From Candidatus Marinacidobacterales bacterium (GTDB lineage: Bacteria > Acidobacteriota > Vicinamibacteria > Marinacidobacterales > DATDRI01), in assembly GCA_965219415.1 (NCBI GenBank), contig CBDCNP010000002.1, positions 544,001 through 608,000 of the forward strand: DNA of 64,000 nt. The letters run 5' to 3'. Positions within the stretch are counted from its first letter, which is position 1. Each line of letters opens with the position of its first letter. A program made the translations under genes and the position numbers. Below, in pieces: positions 20,301-30,298 of the stretch. A model generated the notes under the pieces. That model worked only from the letters and a program-made list of their open reading frames with translations, had not been told where the DNA came from and did no database searches.

Positions 20301-21714
20301 GGGTTACACATTCCACGCCATCGACCAGGACCGACTGCGTTTCTACGTTGCCCTTATTGTCGTAAGTGAAGGTGGTTTCGTTACCCAACGCATCGATGGT
20401 CTTTTCCAAGTTGCCGTTGGAATCATAGACATTGGTGGTCGGGTTCCCGCGAGCATCCGTGGTCGTCTCTACCTGGTCCCTTTCGTTGTAGGCGAAGGTG
20501 GTCTCATTGCCTTCGGGATCCTCCATGCTTGTCAGGTTGTCGCGGTCGTCGTAAGTGAAGAACGTCGTCGCCGGGTCGGTATTGCTCGGATCGTGCGCCT
20601 CCGTCTCGGATAGACGATTATCCTCCTCATCAAATGTCCTCAAGATGATCTTCCCATTCGGATCGATCTCTCGTACCACGTTCCCCCGGTCGTCGTACTC
20701 AAGCACGCGCTGCGCGCCGTTCCGATCGCGAATGATCTCCACCCGCGCATCGGGATCGTGGGTGTACTCAATCGTCTTGCCGAAGGCATCGGTGTGACTG
20801 ATGAGCCTTCCCGTATCCGGATCGTAGTCGTTCCGGATGGGCATGATGCCTCGGGGATCTTCAATCCCATCTAAGTGATGCGGGATCGGGTCCAAGTAGG
20901 TAAACGTTGTAGTGTTGTTTTCCCGGTCTGAATAGGTTTCGAGGTCCCCGTTGGCATCGTAGCGGTAGAGCATCGCGTTGCCCTCGGGGTCGGTGATCGA
21001 CTGGATACGCCCTTCGGCATCACGATCGAAGACGACGCCCTTGCCGCTCGAGTGGGTAATGCCACCGGGACCGATGGTGAGCTGGTTCCCATTGAGATCG
21101 GTGAGGCTCTTCAGCCCATCGACTTGATCGATGAGAAACTCCCGCCCGTCGCGAAGCGTCAGCCGGTAGAGATCCGGGTCATAGATCGAAAAATCCGGTG
21201 CGAAAAGCTGCACCGAGCCAGGGAACGCTCCGACCACGAAAACCAGGCCTCCGTCGGCCGGCGCCAAAGAGCTGTGGGTACCCGGCAGGGGACGGAAGGT
21301 CAACGTCACTTGATCCATGGGGGTGAACTGTTGACACGAGGGCGTGACGATCGGCTCGAACTCGTGGACCTCCCCGCCTGGAAAGGTGATAGTCACCACC
21401 GACGGCTTCACAGGGGGCAGACAGTAAGTCAAGAACGGTCCCGGAATGAGCTGGCCTTGCCAGGAAACACCCGCCACGCCGTTTTCCCCGACGGTCAGCT
21501 CTTCGATGTCGAGCGTCCACCCGAACCCGAAATCCCCCAATCGTTTATCCCGAGAGTCATACGTCCGCGTGATCCGAATGGGAAGACCGGCCACAGGAAC
21601 TTCGAGATCCACAAACGAGACAGTAAAGTGCCCGACCTTGAAGTTGTCTTGCACCACCACGAAGACCGATGTACTCGTAGACTGTGCGGCCTGGTCGGTG
21701 GCTCTGAGCCGCAT
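17334..21714 (-). CDS. Rhs/YD-repeat toxin with C-terminal PD-(D/E)xK-like nuclease; frameshift near 18115, N-terminus fused or truncated
   Basis: Dozens of YD repeats; RTYDSRD...FGFGW; YHADGLGS; YxFAGE...RARWMDPAVGQF...DP...NPVNNVDPTG cleavage motif; tip GRAFEK...RIIDF...LIEAR...Q. Confidence 0.9.
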
Positions 21715-23235
21715 ATGGAAGGTCGGCTACTGTCCGCGCCGCGCTTGCCCCCGCCACTGCTGCTGTCGTCGCTGCTGCTGCTATCACTACTCCGACTGTC
21801 ACCGCTGCTGTCGTCGCTACTGCTGCTATCACTACTTCGACTGTCATCGCTGCTGTGGTCGTCCTCCGGCCCCTCCTCCCCGACACCAACCCGAATCGTT
21901 AATTCGCGGCTCCGATCACGGACGAAAACGTCCTTGTTGTGATCCGTATCATCATCCACAAGGTTCGTGGCCTTGGACTCGAACGCCACGAATCGGCCGC
22001 TGGCATTGATGGACGGGGCCTCGCTGTCTCCATCGCCTTGTTCGCCCTCGCTGCTCATGCTGACGCGCGTGGTCTCGCCGGAATCCCGATCGTGCACGAA
22101 GACATCGGCCTTCCGGTTCGTATCATCGGGCACAAGATTGGTCGACTTACTTGTGAACGCTACGAAATGTCCGTCGGCATTGATGCTGGCGGAACCGCTG
22201 TCGCGATCTCCTTCGATTCCGTCGCTCGTCACACTTACTCGGGTCGTCTCACCGGTTGTGCGGTCGTGGACGAAAACGTCCTGTTTCCATTTGGTGTCAG
22301 AGAGGACGAGGTTTTTCGCCTTCGAATGAAAGGCAACGAATCGACCGTCGGCGCTGATCGCCGCATGGCTACTGTCCTTGTTCCCTACCGAGCCGCCGCT
22401 CGCGATGCTTACCATGGTCGTCTCACGCGTGTGCCGGTCGTGGACGAAGATCTGCTTTTTCCAGTGCGTGCCCTTCGGGAGAGAGATTGGAAGCTTTGGA
22501 CTCGAAAGCGACGAAGTGACCGTCCGCGCTGATCGCGGGAGCCCCGCTTCCACCATTCGCTTGCTCGCCGTCGGCTCGCAATGCTCAGCCGTACGGTCTC
22601 ACCCGTATCGCGGTTGTGCACGAAGACGTCAGGCTTCTTGTTCGTGTCACCGGGCACTAGGTTTTTAGCCTTCGACTCGAACGCTACGAAACGGCCGTCC
22701 CCACTAATGGACGGCTTTCCACTGTCGGCATAGGCTTCCCTGCCGTCGCTCGCCACGCTTATCCGACTCGTTTCGCCCGACTCTCGGTCTCGGACGAAGA
22801 CGTCCTGGACGTAGTTGGAGTCTCCGGGGACGAGGTTCTTCGCGCGGGATGAAAACGCCACCCAGCGACCATCCGCACTGCTGGACGCGTCTTGGCTGTC
22901 GCGATTCCCCTGTTCCTCTGCGCTGGAGAGGCTCAGCCGGATAATTTCTCCCACTGTGACTGAGGGCGATGGTGCCGGCGCTGCAATTGGACGGACCGGC
23001 GGCGACGAACTGCCGCCGACAGTGCTAGAGCCAGCCGTGGGTGTCGAGACCTCTGCAAGAGGAACCGGGTTCTCTGGAAAAACCACGAGGGTCGGAGAAG
23101 CCGCCCGCGAAGGGAAGCGAGCGGGAAAAACCGATTGGAGCATGCGGATCTCGGCGACGACAGTCGTCTCCAACAAGAAGTAATAAGGATGACGGAACTA
23201 ACGATCTTGCGCGGCCGCTCGAGCGCCTTGGTCAT
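21715..23235 (-). pseudogene. TolB/PD40-like beta-propeller repeat region with Pro/Ser/Thr linker, probably the N-terminal part of the Rhs gene; several frameshifts
   Basis: Repeated SISADGRFVAFxSxAxNLVPxDTNxxxDVFVxDRxxGETTRVS units in ORFs 22409..23176 and 21495..22556. Confidence 0.8.
21761..21856. repeat. 45-bp tandem repeat (2+ copies) encoding a Ser/Asp-rich linker
   Basis: TGCTGTCGTCGCT(G/A)CTGCTGCTATCACTACT(C/T)CGACTGTCA(C/T)CGC at 21761-21805 and 21806-21850. Confidence 0.85.
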
Positions 23236-23631
23236 CGTTCCATCCCAGGCGAGTCCATGGCCCACGTAAGGAGAGCGCACCGAACGAGGCGCGAAATCAC
23301 GGGCTCCTCGCTACAGTTTCGAACGCTACACCCCCTTGGAACCGCGGCGGAGACACTCGTCCCGCCGAATCGCTCAAGAACTCTTCGATGTTCGAAAAGG
23401 GTGGGTCTAGCGGTTCCGATCCAGTGTTGGAAAACGGGCGGAGCTCGGAGGAAAGGAATTAATAAGTCCAGCGGAAAGAAACACCACAAGCGCTCCCGGG
23501 GCCGAACCGGCAGACAAACCCTCAAGTCCTCTTAGCCCGCGCGTTGGTTGGGGAGCGTCGCGCAAAGCCCTACTGGGCGCCAAATTATCAGAAAAGACGG
23601 CGCGCCGTCAAAGAGGAGAACTCTCGCCGAC

Positions 23632-23690
23632 CTAGCGGTCTCGCTCCCAAAGAGCGATGCCGCCGGCTGTCTTCTCACTACCGAGGCAAG
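23632..23690 (-). repeat. Copy B of the YVTN gene 3' end (..AGGIALWERDR*)
   Basis: CTAGCGGTCTCGCTCCCAAA(G)AGCGATGCCGCC at 23632-23664 matches 25196-25228 at 32 of 33 bp. Confidence 0.9.
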
Positions 23691-23855
23691 CTCGCTCGGA
23701 GGGTATTTCCCAAGAAGGCCCGCCTTCGGGAAACGATACGCGTCTTTCGTGCCACTTGGCTGGCCGGATTCCGAAGCGTAATCGGACTATACGCAATATT
23801 GTGTTTAACACGCAATAATACGCATACTATCCTAACAACTGAAGGGTGGTGTCTT

Positions 23856-24575
23856 ATGAACCTGTACGTCTACAGCCAAGCGACGCTTGCGTCCAAAGCT
23901 CAAGCTTTGGTTCATCGGCTCGGCGTGGAAGCCGATTCGCAGATAAGTCACTTTCCCATTGTCCCCCGGACGCTGCCAGCACGCGCCCACTGCGTCCTGG
24001 TCCTATCGGGCAACGAGCCAACCGACCTCATCCGAACGAATCTGCGGAGACTCGCTCGGGGTAGTCGCTGGTCTGGCAAAGTTGTTCTCTACTCGGAGAG
24101 CCCGGAGCTAGACAAGGTCGTTGTATGGGCGCGCTTGCTCGAGAGGCTCTTCCCGAAGCGTTCCCATGTTTGCTTCGTCGACGACAAGCTCGCCCGCGTA
24201 CTAAAACTCCATCCGGTTCGCTCTGCACAGACTCCGCAAACCATTCCAGCGGTTCAGTCTGCGGATGTTTCAACTCTCCGACGAGACCTCGGCCTAACAC
24301 AGGAACAGATGGCTTCTGCCGTCGGCGTCAGTCCAAGGACAGTTCAGAACTGGGAACTCGGTAAGCCTTCTCCACGAACTGCAAGGCGCCTTCAAGATTT
24401 GTTCGAGCTGCGAGAAGTGTTGAAGGAGTACCTGCCGTTTGATCAGCTTGGGCAATGGCTCTCGTCTGCCAACGACTCCTTCGAGGGCTCATCGCCAGTG
24501 AATTGGATCTTGGCAGGGAGGGCACGGGACGTTCTACTCGGGTTTCGCCGACTTCAAACAGGCGAACCCTGGTGA
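23856..24575 (+). CDS. Xre/MbcA/ParS-type antitoxin (N-terminal extra domain + HTH_3 + DUF2384-like C-terminus)
   Basis: LRRDLGLTQEQMASAVGVSPRTVQNWE; WLSSANDSFEGSSPVNWILAG; GTGA overlap with the RES gene. Confidence 0.82.
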   Translation: MNLYVYSQATLASKAQALVHRLGVEADSQISHFPIVPRTLPARAHCVLVLSGNEPTDLIRTNLRRLARGSRWSGKVVLYSESPELDKVVVWARLLERLFPKRSHVCFVDDKLARVLKLHPVRSAQTPQTIPAVQSADVSTLRRDLGLTQEQMASAVGVSPRTVQNWELGKPSPRTARRLQDLFELREVLKEYLPFDQLGQWLSSANDSFEGSSPVNWILAGRARDVLLGFRRLQTGEPW

Positions 24576-25150
24576 CGCTTCCCCGTGCTTGGGTTCAGCT
24601 GCTCAAGCGCCTGAGCCGGGACGCCGCGCCGCTCGAACGTCATTTCTTTCGTTCGGTGGAAATAAGGTACGCTCACCCGGACGACGTACTCACCGGGGAA
24701 GGTACACGACGCTACGGCGGACGCTTCGCCCGTACTGGCGTGCGCGCCGTCTATCTCGCCGCCGATGAAGAAACTGCTCTCTGCGAGGTCACCGCCCGAA
24801 AAAAACGCCTCAGTGGCCGACGCCAGATAGAATTGACCGACTACCCGCGAGTCACCTACGTCGTCGAGGTTAAGTTAGCGCGCCATATCAACCTCGCAGC
24901 AATGGCGAGTGGAGGCGAGTCTGGCAAGCTCGTGAGTGCCTGCCTCGCCCCGGATATTCGAGACTCTCAAGAGGTGGGCGAGTTCCTGAGCGACGCAGAA
25001 GTCCAAGGGATTCTCTACCCGTCCGCAACACCCGAATGCAAAGGAGAGAATGTGGTTGTATTTCGGGAACTTCCTCCCAAACCGAGCCTCGAGCTTGTCA
25101 ACAGGGACCGTGTGATTGCTCTTTTCGAGGAGTGGGCTAAGCGCGGTTGA
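24572..25150 (+). CDS. RES-domain toxin (NAD+ phosphorylase family)
   Basis: FFRS, YGGRF, AVYLA...TALCE, GILYPS, GENVVVF; the R-E-S residues are present. Confidence 0.88.
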   Translation: MTLPRAWVQLLKRLSRDAAPLERHFFRSVEIRYAHPDDVLTGEGTRRYGGRFARTGVRAVYLAADEETALCEVTARKKRLSGRRQIELTDYPRVTYVVEVKLARHINLAAMASGGESGKLVSACLAPDIRDSQEVGEFLSDAEVQGILYPSATPECKGENVVVFRELPPKPSLELVNRDRVIALFEEWAKRG

Positions 25151-25195
25151 CTCCACTTGTCCGGTGGCGACCAGCGGCCGGCCCTGGCCAAGCAA

Positions 25196-26341
25196 CTAGC
25201 GGTCTCGCTCCCAAATAGCGATGCCGCCCGCCTGCTTTCCCACATCCACCGACGCAACCAGTCGAGGCGGCGCGATCTGGAAGACGTCGACGCTTCCCGG
25301 CTCCCCACCGACGCCCTCCACGGTGACGATGGCGAATTTCCCATCCGGAGTCACCACAACGCCATGAGGTACGCTACGCGAAGAAGAGACGCTGGCGATC
25401 TCCTCTCCGGTCTCGAGATTCCAGAAGCCGACCGCGGCACCTTTCTTATAGGTAGCAACGAGGACTTTGCCGTCCGGGGTGACGTCGAGGTTGTAAGGAC
25501 CGGGACCGGTTTCGAACTTCCTCGTAACCTTCCAATCCTCGAGGTCCACCTCCAGGACGATGTCCTTGGCGTTCCCCGCAACGTAAACCTTCCCCTGCGG
25601 CGTCGGCGGCGTCACCCACGTCGGTTGGACCACCTTCGACACCGGATATCCGGTTTCGTTTCCTTCACCATGCTGATGCACGTCGCCACTCTGAGTATTC
25701 GGGTCGACTAGTGACAGCCTCCGGTTGACCTCGAACCGTAGGGCGTCGAACTCCATCAACTCGTCGCTCATCATGTTGACGGAATAGAGGCGAGCCCCTT
25801 TCGCGTCCAACCGAGCCCCGTGCGGCATGATGCCGGTGGGGATCTGGGCCACCTCGATCATCGTCTCCGCCTCTACCACCGAGATACTGCTGGGCTCCAT
25901 ATCCCCGTGGAGGTTGAAGTTGACGACGTAGAGGAGACCGGTGCTCGGTGACACCGCGAGTGTCGCCGGAAACATGCCGACCGTCACGTCTCCCACCCAG
26001 TCGTCGGTGCCGGTCTCGTACTTGTGGATAGAGCCGTAAGGCATTCCGTGGGCGATCGAGACGAACCAGTGCCGACCGTCCGGAGAGATGTTGATGCCGT
26101 GGGGGCCTTCGATGTCGGCCGGGAAGCTCCCTACCGGAATACTCTTGGCCACCTCGAGCCCTCCGGGACCGAAACGAATGAGTTCGACCCGGTCATCCGA
26201 CTCGGCGGCAACGTAGGCATAGTAGTTATGCGTCGGTTTCGTTAGATCTTCCGCCGGAAGCGTGGTCGGCTGGACGAATACAAGGGCGAGCGCCGGCAAA
26301 AGCCAGCGCCCGCCGGTATAGATAGCTGACGGCTCCATCAT
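25196..26341 (-). CDS. Secreted YVTN/YncE-type beta-propeller protein, paralog 1
   Basis: Signal peptide; EGPHGINISPDG, PYNLDVTPDGK, PHGVVVTPDGK repeats. Confidence 0.85.
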   Translation of the reverse strand: MMEPSAIYTGGRWLLPALALVFVQPTTLPAEDLTKPTHNYYAYVAAESDDRVELIRFGPGGLEVAKSIPVGSFPADIEGPHGINISPDGRHWFVSIAHGMPYGSIHKYETGTDDWVGDVTVGMFPATLAVSPSTGLLYVVNFNLHGDMEPSSISVVEAETMIEVAQIPTGIMPHGARLDAKGARLYSVNMMSDELMEFDALRFEVNRRLSLVDPNTQSGDVHQHGEGNETGYPVSKVVQPTWVTPPTPQGKVYVAGNAKDIVLEVDLEDWKVTRKFETGPGPYNLDVTPDGKVLVATYKKGAAVGFWNLETGEEIASVSSSRSVPHGVVVTPDGKFAIVTVEGVGGEPGSVDVFQIAPPRLVASVDVGKQAGGIAIWERDR

Positions 26342-26346
26342 CTTTA

Positions 26347-28419
26347 TTACCTGGGCTCCCCGAAGTCCCGGGGCTTGGAATCTTTGGTCTCTTCTTTCGG
26401 AACGAGTCTCACCGCCCAAAGCCCGGAATTGAAATCTGCGACGAAGATGTTGCCTTTGTAGGGCTGCGGTCCCCATGCGAACGGAGCGTTCGGGATGTAG
26501 CCTTCGGGATCGGTTGGAACCCAAAACGCGATCTCCCGCCCCTGCTTGTAGAGGTCACCACTCAACTCACCGGAAACGTCAACGACTCGCAATCCCCCGT
26601 TGTAGTACCCGATGTACATGATGTCGTCTTCGATCCACAGGTTGTGAGTGCCAGCTTCCGGCACCTGATAGCGCGCCACCTCACGTGGATTCTCCCAATC
26701 GTCCCACTCGATGACGTGGATCCAACCGGCGGCGCGATCGGGAATCGAGCCCGGCTGCGGGTTGAAGTCGGCGTACGGAAACGCTTCGTCGCCCATGAAG
26801 GCATAGAATTTCCCGGTCGACTTGCTTCGGTAGGGGTAGGCAGCGTGATTCCACCCGTTCGGATGCGCGTGACTGCCGAGCTTCACCGGATTGTTCGGCG
26901 AACCCCCTTTCCCACCTCCGCCGACGTCCACCGCCACCACGCCGTCCGTCCAGTTGGAGGAATAGGCGATGCCGTCCTCGACCCAGACGTCGTGGATGCC
27001 GTGGCCGGGCGTGTCGAGCTCGAAGCGGCCCACGCGAGTGGGCTTGGTGGGGTCTTCTATATTAATGATGTCGTAGCGACGACCGTTGTTGATCGCGTAA
27101 ATGTGGTTGTTGTGGATGAAGACGTTGTGTACGCCGCCGTTCAGCTGGTCGTCATACCGAGCGATGACCCGCACGCCATCCCGGGGATTCGAAATGTCGA
27201 GGATGACGAGGCCGTTCTTGCGGTTCGAAGCCCCTTCCCTGCTGATCACGGCGACCTTCGCATCCTCCGATACCTTGACGTCGTTCACGGTACGGGCATC
27301 GACTCGCACCACATCGATCAGCTGCATGTTCTTGGGATCGGTGACGTCCCAGATATAGGCGTGACCGTCGGCGCCCCAAGTCCCGGTTAGGGCGTAGTCC
27401 CGCCCATCGACGCCTTCCCAGATCCAGAGATCCGAGGTATGTCGATCGCGGACCGCACCCTGTCCCATGACTTCGATCTCTTGACTGATGTCGCGGGGCA
27501 CGATCTTGATCGTCCGCCGCGCCGAGTGCGATCCGGCTACTGCGACAACGGTGTGGAGTCCGGAGCGTTCCGCCACGAAGGCACCAGTGGGATCGACGTG
27601 CGAGATCGCTCCTGGCGCGATAATGGTATCGAACGGTTTTCCGTAGCTGGCGAATTGGACTGGAAACTCTGGGACTTCCTTGCCCTTGGCATCGCGCGCC
27701 ACTGCGTTGAAATGAACGACGTCGCCGGTCCTCGCTTGCTTGGTGCTTACCTCGAGCTCGAACGAAGCAACGGGGTTCTCGAGGACCTCGATGTTCGCGG
27801 TCCCGTCGACGTCCTCAGCCGTTGCAACGATCTTGGCCTTTCCCGGCTTGTGGAGAATCAGGTTGCCCAACTCGTCGATAGTCGCTACATCCTTGTTCTT
27901 ACTCTCGAAGGCCACTTGCAACTCGGTGCGCCAAGCTCCCGAGGTGTCCCGAACTTCCGTCTGAACCGGCACCACCGTGCCCGCATAACAGCGTGATGGA
28001 AGACTGATGAACGAAACCGATGCGATGGGCGGATTCGGTATCGTGACCGGCACTTCGACGCGGAGCAGCATGTCTGCCCTTCGACCCCTTTGCTCTGGGT
28101 CCTTGGGCACCACCGCAATGAGGGTGTGGTCTCCGGGGCGATAGGCTTCCACGTCGCCTTCCGGGGTCACGCCGACGCTGCGCCGCGAGCGCGAGAAAAA
28201 CATAACCAGCATATCGACCGTCTCACCGGAGGCGTCCTTCACGGTCGCGGTGAGCTTGGCCTTCTCGCCGACCTTTAAATGGAGCTCGGTGGGCTCGACG
28301 ATGAGCTCCGCCGGTTCTGGCCCCGCTCCGTCCTGCTTTTCCTGGGCATCTTGTGCAGTCGCCAGCGCCGCCAAGAGAAGTGCCCCCATCGCAACGATGG
28401 CGATCTTCGAAAAATTCAC
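26347..28419 (-). CDS. Secreted Ig-like (Big_2-type) plus LVIVD-repeat beta-propeller protein, paralog 1
   Basis: Signal peptide; LKVGEKAKLTATVKD and SKNKDVATIDELG Ig-like segments; LVILDISNP, WDVTDP and YYNGGLRVVDVSG repeats. Confidence 0.85.
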   Translation of the reverse strand: MNFSKIAIVAMGALLLAALATAQDAQEKQDGAGPEPAELIVEPTELHLKVGEKAKLTATVKDASGETVDMLVMFFSRSRRSVGVTPEGDVEAYRPGDHTLIAVVPKDPEQRGRRADMLLRVEVPVTIPNPPIASVSFISLPSRCYAGTVVPVQTEVRDTSGAWRTELQVAFESKNKDVATIDELGNLILHKPGKAKIVATAEDVDGTANIEVLENPVASFELEVSTKQARTGDVVHFNAVARDAKGKEVPEFPVQFASYGKPFDTIIAPGAISHVDPTGAFVAERSGLHTVVAVAGSHSARRTIKIVPRDISQEIEVMGQGAVRDRHTSDLWIWEGVDGRDYALTGTWGADGHAYIWDVTDPKNMQLIDVVRVDARTVNDVKVSEDAKVAVISREGASNRKNGLVILDISNPRDGVRVIARYDDQLNGGVHNVFIHNNHIYAINNGRRYDIINIEDPTKPTRVGRFELDTPGHGIHDVWVEDGIAYSSNWTDGVVAVDVGGGGKGGSPNNPVKLGSHAHPNGWNHAAYPYRSKSTGKFYAFMGDEAFPYADFNPQPGSIPDRAAGWIHVIEWDDWENPREVARYQVPEAGTHNLWIEDDIMYIGYYNGGLRVVDVSGELSGDLYKQGREIAFWVPTDPEGYIPNAPFAWGPQPYKGNIFVADFNSGLWAVRLVPKEETKDSKPRDFGEPR

Positions 28420-28671
28420 GTTTCCACGTCCTTTCCTTCCTCCCCGCGCGAAACGCGAAGAGCAACACTGAACTTGCAAAACCATTTGAGCCTATTGAGC
28501 TTGACGCGCCGCGTCGGGCGCTAGAAATACTGGCGGATCGGCTTGGAGCCGCCGCTCGACCCGCCAGCCTACCTCGTCGACGGCTCCGCGGCAAGGGCCC
28601 GCCCGTCCGTGCCTGCCCGTGCCCGCCCATGTTAGAGTGGCGCCTGAAGGAAGCGAAGAAGTGAACGAAGA

Positions 28672-30288
28672 ATGAGAGAAAACCGCGACGTCATCCTCGA
28701 GACGCTTCGACGTGTCCGAAACCGCGGCCGCTTCAATCGCGGACTCCGAGAATTTGCTTTCGTGTTCTGCCTCTTTTTGGCTTCGGTGCTGGCCTTCCAG
28801 CTCATCCGGCTACGAGTTGGCATCCCGGCAGGGCCGGCGGGCCTCGACACGTATCTTTCGCACATCTGGCTCATAGCGTTGAGTGTTTTCTTCGTCTGGA
28901 GGGTGAGCCGCACGCGTACCCTCGCCGAGGCAGCCGCCATCGTCGACAACCAGGGAGATCTCAAGGACGAACTCAAGACGGCCTACTGGTTTATCAACAA
29001 TGACAGAGATGACGATGCCTCTCCCTGGATCGAGCTCCAGGCGCGACGTGCTGCAACGACCGTCGCCGAGCTCGATCTCGGCAAGCTCGTACCGACGGTC
29101 ATTCCAAAGGGTCTGTTTCTTGCTGATGGGGTGCTGCTCGCAATTGGGATCTTTCTTTGGACACTTCCCGGCCAACCATCCATGGTCCCGTCGCATGGCC
29201 CGTTGGAGCTGACTCGCGATGAGGAAAAACAGGTTCAGGATATCCGGGAGTTGCTCGCAGATGCGGCACAAAGCGAAACGGTTCAAGAGCTGGATGAAAC
29301 GCTCGAGCGGCTCGAGCAAGGCGAGCTGTCCCTGGACGACGGGCTGCAAGACCTAGCTATCGTCGAGAACCTCCTGTCCGAAGGGAACCTGGAAGTGAGC
29401 ACTATTAAGGAGGGCTTGGGCGAGCTCGCCAAGGACCTTCGTTCGTCTTCCGAGCTGACGTCGGTAGCCGATGCCATAGATTCCGGCGATCTGAACGAGG
29501 CCTCTGACCTCCTCCGTGCTTTGGCCGAAAACCTGCCCGATGCCCCCGCCGACATGGCCGCTTTGCGCGAGGCGCTCGATAGAGCGTCCCAGGCGGAAGA
29601 CGCCTCATTAGAGGAGCTCCTGGAGAACTTGCGGCAGGCCGCGGAAGCCTTGGCAAGTCAGGATAGCGACGAGGCCCAACGAGCCTTGGAAGAAGCGGCC
29701 GAGGAGCTCGAGTCGATGGGTCGCAAAATGGAAGCACAGGGCCAAATGAACGAAGCCCGTCGCCAGCTCGGCGAGCTGCGGCAATCTCTAGGTGAACAAT
29801 CGCCTTTCGGAGCATCGGATGAGCAACCTCCCCCGTCGGATACATCAGATACAGGGGAAGGCGAGACCGCTCCCGCCAAGGCGGGTGGCATGGCAATGCC
29901 GGACGGTGACGTCCAGCTACAAATGGGCGGCGGTGCCGCACCCGATCCGACCGACGTACTCGACGCCGGGCCGGGAGGGCATTCCACCGGTCCCTCTCAG
30001 GGAGAAGACAATATTCCAGGCGACCCAACGCGGCTCGAAGTCCAGCTCGAAATGGAATTGCTGGCCTCTGAAGAAGACCCGGAACGCGATCTGCCCGAGG
30101 ATATCTTCGACAAAGAGAGTAGACAGGAACATTCATTAGTCGATTACCGAGAGGCTAGCCCGCGATCGGATTATGTCAGCGAGGCCATCATGAACGAGGA
30201 ACGGATTCCGTGGCGTTATCGTAATCTCGTCAAGAAATACTTCTTGGCACTGCGTCCTCAGCAGGCCCAGCCAGAAGACAACAACTGA
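28672..30288 (+). CDS. Membrane-anchored coiled-coil protein (DUF4175-like, MoxR-associated)
   Basis: Three N-terminal TM segments, long acidic helical region, C-terminal ERIPWRYRNLVKKYF motif. Confidence 0.65.
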   Translation: MRENRDVILETLRRVRNRGRFNRGLREFAFVFCLFLASVLAFQLIRLRVGIPAGPAGLDTYLSHIWLIALSVFFVWRVSRTRTLAEAAAIVDNQGDLKDELKTAYWFINNDRDDDASPWIELQARRAATTVAELDLGKLVPTVIPKGLFLADGVLLAIGIFLWTLPGQPSMVPSHGPLELTRDEEKQVQDIRELLADAAQSETVQELDETLERLEQGELSLDDGLQDLAIVENLLSEGNLEVSTIKEGLGELAKDLRSSSELTSVADAIDSGDLNEASDLLRALAENLPDAPADMAALREALDRASQAEDASLEELLENLRQAAEALASQDSDEAQRALEEAAEELESMGRKMEAQGQMNEARRQLGELRQSLGEQSPFGASDEQPPPSDTSDTGEGETAPAKAGGMAMPDGDVQLQMGGGAAPDPTDVLDAGPGGHSTGPSQGEDNIPGDPTRLEVQLEMELLASEEDPERDLPEDIFDKESRQEHSLVDYREASPRSDYVSEAIMNEERIPWRYRNLVKKYFLALRPQQAQPEDNN

Positions 30289-30298
30289 GAGCATATAT

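Noticed and set aside
19405-20613. Long opposite-strand ORFs (e.g. 19405..20613, 32478..33377, 39429..40229)
   Set aside because: Antisense shadows of high-GC genes with no recognisable motifs.
16266-21860. Short repeats at 16266-16345 and 21761-21856 as CRISPR arrays
   Set aside because: No unique spacers between identical repeats and no cas genes; the second repeat is coding.
23240-23630. Long leader upstream of the TolB/Rhs gene as a riboswitch
   Set aside because: I could not match c-di-GMP or other riboswitch consensus motifs by eye; an Rfam scan would be needed.
15370-25250. Island repeats as integron attC sites or tRNA attachment sites
   Set aside because: They are non-palindromic copies of protein-coding sequence, with no GTTRRRY cores, no tRNA structure and no intI.
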